A stretch of 64,000 nt of DNA from Eledone cirrhosa (Eukaryota): NCBI GenBank assembly GCA_964016885.1, contig OZ024741.1, positions 323,826,001 through 323,890,000 of the forward strand. The letters are read 5' to 3'. The translations under genes and the position numbers were made by a program. The notes below the pieces were generated by a model. It ran no database searches and was not told the origin of the DNA. It saw only the letters and a program-made list of their open reading frames with translations. Every line of letters begins with the position of its first letter. Within the stretch, counting starts at the first letter, position 1. Below, one piece after another: positions 55,406 through 64,000 of the stretch.

Positions 55406-58072
55406 AATAAATGCTCTGAAATAGCGATATATATGTGAATATAGACATAGAATATTCGAAAATATTCTGTATGTTTATAATAAACATTTTGAAGACCTAA
55501 TCGCTATAGAATAGAATACGTCACGTATTACAATTAGATTCTCGATAAAAGCAAGGGAAGTAATCTACGCGTTTCATTCTTTTTAGAAATCATCAGGACT
55601 ACATATCCAGTGCTTTTATCGAGAATGACACAGCTAGAGACTTATAGAATACTTAGCTGTGTACAGGAACTGGTTTGAAAGAGCGGTTGCCGGTCCGGCA
55701 GAAATTAGAAATTGGAATAAATGCTCTGAAATAGCGATATATATGTGAATATAGACATAGAATATTCGAAAATATTCTGTATGTTTATAATAAACATTTT
55801 GAAGACCTAATCGCTATAGAATAGAATACGTCACGTATTACAATTAGATTCTCGATAAAAGCAAGGGAAGTAATCTACGCGTTTCATTCTTTTTAGAAAT
55901 CATCAGGACTACATATCCAGTGCTTTTATCGAGAATGACACAGCTAGAGACTTATAGAATACTTAGCTGTGTACAGGAACTGGTTTGAAAGAGCGGTTGC
56001 CGGTCCGGCAGAAATTAGAAATTGGAATAAATGCTCTGAAATAGCGATATATATGTGAATATAGACATAGAATATTCGAAAATATTCTGTATGTTTATAA
56101 TAAACATTTTGAAGACCTAATCGCTATAGAATAGAATACGTCACGTATTACAATTAGATTCTCGATAAAAGCAAGGGAAGTAATCTACGCGTTTCATTCT
56201 TTTTAGAAATCATCAGGACTACATATCCAGTGCTTTTATCGAGAATGACACAGCTAGAGACTTATAGAATACTTAGCTGTGTACAGGAACTGGTTTGAAA
56301 GAGCGGTTGCCGGTCCGGCAGAAATTAGAAATTGGAATAAATGCTCTGAAATAGCGATATATATGTGAATATAGACATAGAATATTCGAAAATATTCTGT
56401 ATGTTTATAATAAACATTTTGAAGACCTAATCGCTATAGAATAGAATACGTCACGTATTACAATTAGATTCTCGATAAAAGCAAGGGAAGTAATCTACGC
56501 GTTTCATTCTTTTTAGAAATCATCAGGACTACATATCCAGTGCTTTTATCGAGAATGACACAGCTAGAGACTTATAGAATACTTAGCTGTGTACAGGAAC
56601 TGGTTTGAAAGAGCGGTTGCCGGTCCGGCAGAAATTAGAAATTGGAATATAAAAGCACTGGATATGTAGTCCTGATGATTTCTAAAAAGAATGAAACGCG
56701 TAGATTACTTCCCTTGCTTTTATCGAGAATCTAATTGTAATACGTGACGTATTCTATTCTATAGCGATTAGGTCTTCAAAATGTTTATTATAAACATACA
56801 GAATATTTTCGAATATTCTATGTCTATATTCACATATATATCGCTATTTCAGAGCATTTATTCCAATTTCTAATTTCTGCCGGACCGGCAACCGCTCTTT
56901 CAAACCAGTTCCTGTACACAGCTAAGTATTCTATAAGTCTCTAGCTGTGTCATTCTCGATAAAAGCACTGGATATGTAGTCCTGATGATTTCTAAAAAGA
57001 ATGAAACGCGTAGATTACTTCCCTTGCTTTTATCGAGAATCTAATTGTAATACGTGACGTATTCTATTCTATAGCGATTAGGTCTTCAAAATGTTTATTA
57101 TAAACATACAGAATATTTTCGAATATTCTATGTCTATATTCACATATATATCGCTATTTCAGAGCATTTATTCCAATTTCTAATTTCTGCCGGACCGGCA
57201 ACCGCTCTTTCAAACCAGTTCCTGTACACAGCTAAGTATTCTATAAGTCTCTAGCTGTGTCATTCTCGATAAAAGCACTGGATATGTAGTCCTGATGATT
57301 TCTAAAAAGAATGAAACGCGTAGATTACTTCCCTTGCTTTTATCGAGAATCTAATTGTAATACGTGACGTATTCTATTCTATAGCGATTAGGTCTTCAAA
57401 ATGTTTATTATAAACATACAGAATATTTTCGAATATTCTATGTCTATATTCACATATATATCGCTATTTCAGAGCATTTATTCCAATTTCTAATTTCTGC
57501 CGGACCGGCAACCGCTCTTTCAAACCAGTTCCTGTACACAGCTAAGTATTCTATAAGTCTCTAGCTGTGTCATTCTCGATAAAAGCACTGGATATGTAGT
57601 CCTGATGATTTCTAAAAAGAATGAAACGCGTAGATTACTTCCCTTGCTTTTATCGAGAATCTAATTGTAATACGTGACGTATTCTATTCTATAGCGATTA
57701 GGTCTTCAAAATGTTTATTATAAACATACAGAATATTTTCGAATATTCTATGTCTATATTCACATATATATCGCTATTTCAGAGCATTTATTCCAATTTC
57801 TAATTTCTGCCGGACCGGCAACCGCTCTTTCAAACCAGTTCCTGTACACAGCTAAGTATTCTATAAGTCTCTAGCTGTGTCATTCTCGATAAAAGCACTG
57901 GATATGTAGTCCTGATGATTTCTAAAAAGAATGAAACGCGTAGATTACTTCCCTTGCTTTTATCGAGAATCTAATTGTAATACGTGACGTATTCTATTCT
58001 ATAGCGATTAGGTCTTCAAAATGTTTATTATAAACATACAGAATATTTTCGAATATTCTATGTCTATATTCA
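55406..58072. repeat. 310-bp tandem array in inverted arrangement (4 units minus, then ~4.6 units plus), one HHR per unit; retrozyme-like
   Basis: Period 310 (55441/55751/56061/56371 and 56651/56961/57271/57581/57891); strand switch at ~56649; units look identical; (TA)n on both flanks. Confidence 0.95.
56666..56708 (+). ncRNA. Type I hammerhead ribozyme (also 56976, 57286, 57596, 57906 plus; 55560, 55870, 56180, 56490 minus)
   Basis: gtagtc CTGATGA t-ttct-aaaa-agaa-t GAAA cgc GTA gattac; palindromic helix III ACGCGT. In complete units helix I is extended by an internal loop and a perfect 16-bp stem attctcgataaaagca/tgcttttatcgagaat. Confidence 0.88.
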
Positions 58073-58154
58073 TATATGTATATATGTATATATATATATA
58101 TATCTATATGTGTGTATGTATATATATATATTATTATTACTATATATATTTATA

Positions 58155-58222
<68 letters not shown>

Positions 58223-58224
58223 GT

Positions 58225-58365
58225 GTTTCTTTAGTTTCCGTCTACCAAATTCCATTCACAAAGGATTGATCAACCTGACGTTATAGTAGAAGACATTTGT
58301 CCGAGCTGCTTTGTAGTGTGACAAAACCTGAACCACGTGGTTGCGAAACCAACTTCTTAACCATA
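58225..58365 (-). mobile_element. SINE (family B) fragment
   Basis: gtttccgtctaccaaattccattcacaaagg...tatagtagaagaca...gtggttgcgaaacc; homologous to 10010-10150. Confidence 0.6.
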
Positions 58366-59522
58366 TGACTTTTAATTCGAATATCTTATCCTCATCTCAC
58401 ACTTCTCATCCTCAACAGAAATATCATAACAAACATCTTATCTTCAATTGAAACCCTCATGAAAAATTCATGCATCACAGCTTCAACTCAAATACTGCTG
58501 CCTCAAAGCAAATAACAAAGTCCCACCACCAGCACCATTACCGCCATAAACACGACCGCCATTACCGGGAATCGAACTCATGACCTTATGCTCGTGAACC
58601 CAGTCAGCTACACGCCTTCTCAAGGTCAAACTTAGAAAGCAAAAGTCAAATGTCTGAACCAACAGGTTAATCAGAATTCGTGCCGCGAATATATGAAAAA
58701 CTTCAGCTCTACGCCTAGGTAAACTATTGAAATCAATAGATATTAGGTGATTTGCATGTAAATTGGAATCAACGGCAATGATGTCGAGTTTAATTGCTCA
58801 TTAAACACGCTGTTAGCTTTCCAGTTTGCTGCAGCACAAGATTTTTATATCAACGCAGACATAAAACTAATTGCAAGCGGGTCTAGCAAGCTTCTAGTCT
58901 AAACACGAACAGATATTGATGCAGACAAAGAAAGAAACCTTGCTGATTATTTACAGAAAGAACTAAAGAACCAATCACCACCCCACCCTACATAATTAAT
59001 TCGTGTACAGCTATGTGCAAGTTCAAACACCTACTTCCTCTAATTCACTTTTCTAACACACCTACCTTCCATTTGTTATATAACCGATAGAAATATTGGG
59101 ATTCAATATTAACCTAAAGGATTAAATATCGAAATCAAAAGCAATGTTGTTCTCTCTACATTAGTAGTCTCAATTTTCAACGTATTTTAATCCGCTAACT
59201 ATTATTATAGTCATTAATATCTGTGAGAAATTCTATTGCTATGTATAATACCTAAATATGTGTGGGAAGGTATTTTCTTTTGCAATTTACTTTTCGTGTA
59301 ACTTATTTTGTTTATCGTATAAACCACATCTCCAGCAGAGTATGATTTGTCGAAATATAAATAACCTGAAATGAAAGTCAATTTACATCAGACTTCATTT
59401 CACTGAAACTTTTACTCACAGACTATAGATATAATAGTTTACAAGAGTATTTATAGCAATATTTGCAGGCAATGATTTCACCATTCCGATGAGATTCAAC
59501 CATTTTTATGATCATATTATCC

Positions 59523-60730
59523 TGGTGGATTGGTAGTACCGGTAGAGGGTCGGACGCCATGCCTCGCAGCATAGAGTTACGCCCCTTTGCGGTCTGAGTT
59601 AAAATCCCACCGAGGTTAACTTTGCCTTTCATCCTTACGGGGTCGATAAAATAAAGCACCAGTAATGCACTGGGGTAAATGCTGCCCTTGTGCCAAAACA
59701 ATTATCAGTCAAGTAAGGGCGGTGAATTGGCAGTCGGACAACTTGCTTCGCAGCATCGAGGTACGACTCTTTACGTTCTGAGTTCAATTCCAATCGAGGT
59801 TAGATTTACCTTTCATCCTTTCGAAGTCGATAAAAATACCAGTCACGCACTTGGGTCAATTTAATCGACTTCCCCCCCCCCCCCCCCCAACACATTTGCT
59901 GTTCCTTGTGCCTAAATCAGAAACTATTATCATCAGTCAAGTACTGCAGTCCATCTAATCGATTTATCCCTAACCTTCAAATTGCTGGCCTTATCTATTT
60001 GAAATTATTACACTCTCCCCACTAAATAGGAAATTACATATGTACAATATTATCATAAAAGAATATCTCAATTTCAATATTTTAACGTACAATCATGTCA
60101 CGATTTCTAAATGAGGCACAAGGCAAATTATAGGGAACGGAAAGTTGGCTAAATCGAACCCAGTGTGTTACTGGCGTTTTGTTTTATAGATCCCATAGGG
60201 ATGACAGACAAAGCTAACATCGGCAGGTTTTAGAACTCAAAAAAGTAAAAGGCCGTAACTATATGCCGCAATGCATGTTGTGCAACTCTCTACCGATACT
60301 GCGAATTCCCCCCCCCCCCCCCCGAAAGGTAAATTTATATTATCTGATTTAGGCCCAAGGCCAACAATTTTGGAGGAAGGCAAAGTTGATTAAATAGACA
60401 CTAGTGTGCTACTGGTACTTTATCTTATCGAGCCCGTAAGGATGAAAAATGAAAAGCAAAGCTAACCTCGGCGGGATTTGAACTCAGAACGTAAAGAGCC
60501 ATAACTCTGTGCCATAAACATGTGCAATGCTCTACAGATACTGCTAATTCACCTGACTCTGGAACGCCAGCAACTCCGAGAGAGAAGAAAGACGATTATA
60601 TTGACCCAATACTTTACTGATACTTTATTTAATCGAACCCGAAAGTATGAGAGACAAAGTTGAATTGGGTGGGATTTGAACCCAGAACATAAGAAGTCGG
60701 AACAAATACCATAAAGCATTTACCTAAGTT
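59523..60730. mobile_element. Cluster of family A SINEs (59523-59705 +, 59716-59930 +, ~60110-60310 -, ~60345-60552 -, ~60600-60730 -)
   Basis: Recurrent consensus motifs in both orientations with variable divergence. Confidence 0.75.
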
Positions 60731-62573
60731 CTAACAACTTTATCATGTTGTAATCATATGATACAAAAATATTCAAATGTAAGCATACCGAGGCGAAAAT
60801 CACACTGTTCTCCGGCAAGCTCAACAATATGACCTACATCTCTTTGTCAGACACTTAGAATAGACTATACCGGGGAGTTTTAACAAGGAGTTCCTTCTAT
60901 AATTGGAGCAATCTGGTATTAGGTAAAATCCGGTTTCTGATGAATCTGATAATCTGAAATGACCGTCTTAACTACAGTCACACCCGCGTTATACCATACA
61001 CACCCATTCTCAGTTCAGACAAATGATTTTAGTTGTTCAAACAACGGAATAACCTACTCGTGATATTAACGTGCAAGTGACTGAGCATTTCACTGAGACA
61101 TATTCTTAAAGTAATTATCAGGGAGATTCGACGTGACACATTATGTGAGAAGGCTGGCTCTTTGAATTCCTTGTACAGTCAGTACGACAGTCTTTCAAAA
61201 GGTTTTTGTCTTGACAATTTTACTTACAAGACATGAATGGCACCCAAGCTTATGGTAAATAATACATGCTCAAGCAGTGAAATTGAACCTGGGACCTTAT
61301 GAAAGTGGAGCAAAACTGTTAACCATCTGGCCATACTGCACCCACACGCACTTTTCCATGACACATAATTGAAATCCTTTTTTTTTTCATTCAAGATTTT
61401 AGACCAAAAAGTGTTCTTGACGATGGGCTCCGGTATACAATTTATAGATGTTTTTTTTAAATTTCAAGATATGTTTTATTATGTCAACTACAAGCAGAAG
61501 TTATACAGTGATGAAAATATTAAAGAAAGATAAAAAAGTAAGTAATCAACAAACATGGGTGAAAGGGAAGAGCAGATCCGGCTGTATATGAAAATAGAGG
61601 AAAGGACTATAAATGTCATACATGTGAAGAAAAGGAGGCAAAGAGCAAGGACTATTAGGCAACAGGAGAAAAAGAGAGGGAAGGGGAGAGGGTGACAGAC
61701 TATGTGCATTGTTCAGGGCGTTGTTTTCAATCGTTGTGACAAATCTCGCGGACAATTGCTAGCGGCACTAGCTACAACAGCTATCCCATCTCACAGAGCT
61801 CCTTCCTCAGACGGGCTGTTGACGTTCAGATATTACGGAGGAGCTCGGCTGTACGGGGTCTGAGGACGCCTGAGGTCTAGACGGTGACCGGTGCAAAGAG
61901 AAAACGGCCGGACAAGCCCTGGCATTTGTATGTCTTCCTGCCTTCTGCATTGCGGGCCGCGGAACTGAGGTTTGTAGCCGAAGTGACTAAATTGGAGGCG
62001 GAGAAAGTGTCAGAAGAAAAATATGAAACGGCGAATTGGCAGTGTTATTAGAGCATCGGATTAAATGCCTGGGTATTTGTTCCGGCATTCTGAATTCAAA
62101 TCCCTCCGAGGTTAACTTTGCCTATCGTCTTTTAGTGTACCAGTCAAGGTATAATGTACTGGTAGAATTGTTAAAGAGAAGAACAAGATGTTTTGCCGTA
62201 TTTAATCCAGCTCTGTGTATTTTGAATTAAAATATCATCCTTTATGCTAGGAGCCAGCAAATAATATCAGTAATGGAAAGAACAATGGGAGCATCGATTC
62301 AGTGGGCCGATCTGACGATCCATTCTTTCCTTTTTTATTTAACAATTGTTTGTAGCTCTCGTAATTTTCAGTTTGGAATGTAAAACATGCATACATACAA
62401 TTTAGGCAGTCGTTTTTATAAGTTACTAGACCACCCATGACCCGTTGGTTCACGTTCACTTCAAAATATTAAAAAAAAAAAATCATGTTCACTTAAAAGT
62501 AAGTTTTAAATAATTAAAATATACACAGACATGTATATAATGAGAAATGAAACTGGAAGGCCCATATATATAC

Positions 62574-62629
<56 letters not shown>

Positions 62630-62899
62630 TTGTATACATATATGTATGTGTGTATATAAATATATATATATGTGTTTGTATACATATATGTATATGTATA
62701 TATATATATACATACGGGAGTGTCTGTGATTTATAGGTACCCAGAAAACCCCATATCTCGAGAACCGTACTTCTTTTACGCGAAACTTGTTTTATTCCAT
62801 TTGTATTCCTATTTGAGGAGCAACTTCCTTTCAAAGTATTTTGCCATTATACGCCCTTTTGGCTGTATTACATTACAGACAAACAAGCAAGCAATCACA

Positions 62900-64000
62900 A
62901 ACTTTTAGTAATATATAGATATAGATGGTTGGTGGACATTATTTAGCACGTGTTTTAGGGTAGTTTCTTAATATTTGATACTGCGGCGGCATAAATTATT
63001 GTTATTTCTCTTCAGTTTCATTGTCCAGCGAACAGTTAACTTTGGGTAATTCCATTATCAGGAGTATGGCAAATATCTTCTTGATAGACAACCACTGTAC
63101 ACAGGTAGTTATTGATTGTCGATTGCAGCCTCTAGTGATATTGTTCATTATTTTTAACATTAGAATAGTTGTTTTTCCTTAATCTCGTTAAAATTGTTGG
63201 CTAGCTCTGAGAAGTTTGGAAATATTCTCAATTTGCCTTTTTAAATTGATGTTTCGCTAAACATGCGACTGTCGTCTATTTCAGATAAGTATAATTGTGA
63301 GTTGTTGATGGTGATGGTAGCAATGATGTCTGCAGTTTCTTTGTTTTTATTATTGTCTTCTATGGCAGATTTTCACTGGTTCTGGATGTCAGTTGAAACA
63401 GATTGTCTTCGCAGAGGCTGCAATAACAAATGTGACAGACATATATCGGACAAGGACTAATATCTGTTTTTGAAGCTATATAACTGAAGTAGTTCACGTT
63501 TGTGTGAATATCAATATATCTTTGAGACTAGTGGTGGCTTTGGTAAAGAATATCAAAGTGGAAATGTATCAGGGAACCAGCAGAGGGGTAGATAAGGTAT
63601 ACCATTTTAATGTTTTAAAGTTACAGTGCCAACAAGATATGTGCAGGTACTGTCTGGATGCTACAATATAGAATGGATACATAAAATTTGTGTACAAGAT
63701 GAGAAACGAGTCAAGTGAGGCCCGATTATGGCATTATATAGTACATTGGGTTGTTCTTGTGTATATGTTCACTTTTGTTTCATAATGTGACTGTACGAGC
63801 TTATACTCAAGTACCAACGAAATCTTACCAAATTAAATATTTTTAATGAATCTAGATTATTCCAAAACTATGCCATTTATGTATTGAGCAAGTGTTCATA
63901 GCACGATAAGAATTTTCAACATTCCTAGTTATGTGATCCACAATTTTTAGATTGAGTAAGAGAAGTTAAATACGATAGACATAGATCTTTATGTAAAATG
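62900..64000 (-). mobile_element. Possible old L1-like ORF1/ORF2-start remnant
   Basis: Minus strand MLKIMNNITRGCN...LLIME from ~63160 resembles an APE N-terminus, with a CHIC motif upstream; heavily degraded. Confidence 0.3.

Noticed and set aside
55406-58072. CRISPR-like array or ordinary satellite
   Set aside because: Units are identical with no unique spacers; the array is small, inverted and carries a ribozyme motif.
61795-61975. GC-rich patch with CTGAGGA and short inverted repeats as a ribozyme or exon
   Set aside because: GAAA is not adjacent to the candidate helix II, there is no helix I/III, and no supportable ORF.

Overview
Eukaryotic, AT-rich, microsatellite-saturated DNA with no recognisable host gene. 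The SINE families and repeat style resemble an Octopus (cephalopod) genome; this is recalled, not verified. Most ORFs in the track are microsatellite artefacts. Identifiable content: a nearly intact Penelope-like retroelement (PLE; RT plus GIY-YIG, one frameshift) at about 21065-25028 and several PLE fragments; three degraded Tx1/L1-group LINEs plus short 3' ends, several in (TATC)n; RTE and RLE-type LINE fragments; two non-autonomous Helitrons; MITE/hAT-like elements; and many tRNA-derived SINEs. The standout signal is a set of short non-coding elements in (TA)n tracts, built as fold-backs and/or partial tandems, that carry type I hammerhead ribozyme (HHR) motifs with palindromic helix III. 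These include a homogeneous 310-bp HHR tandem array arranged as a 2.7-kb inverted structure (55406-58072, 9 HHRs, retrozyme-like), a diverged 316-bp relative (38415-38905), a ~540-nt family (13955-14680, 19032-20297) and a family with a ~60-nt helix II (36599-36693, 39508-39599). All motifs were read by eye; cleavage, expression and mobilisation are inferences.
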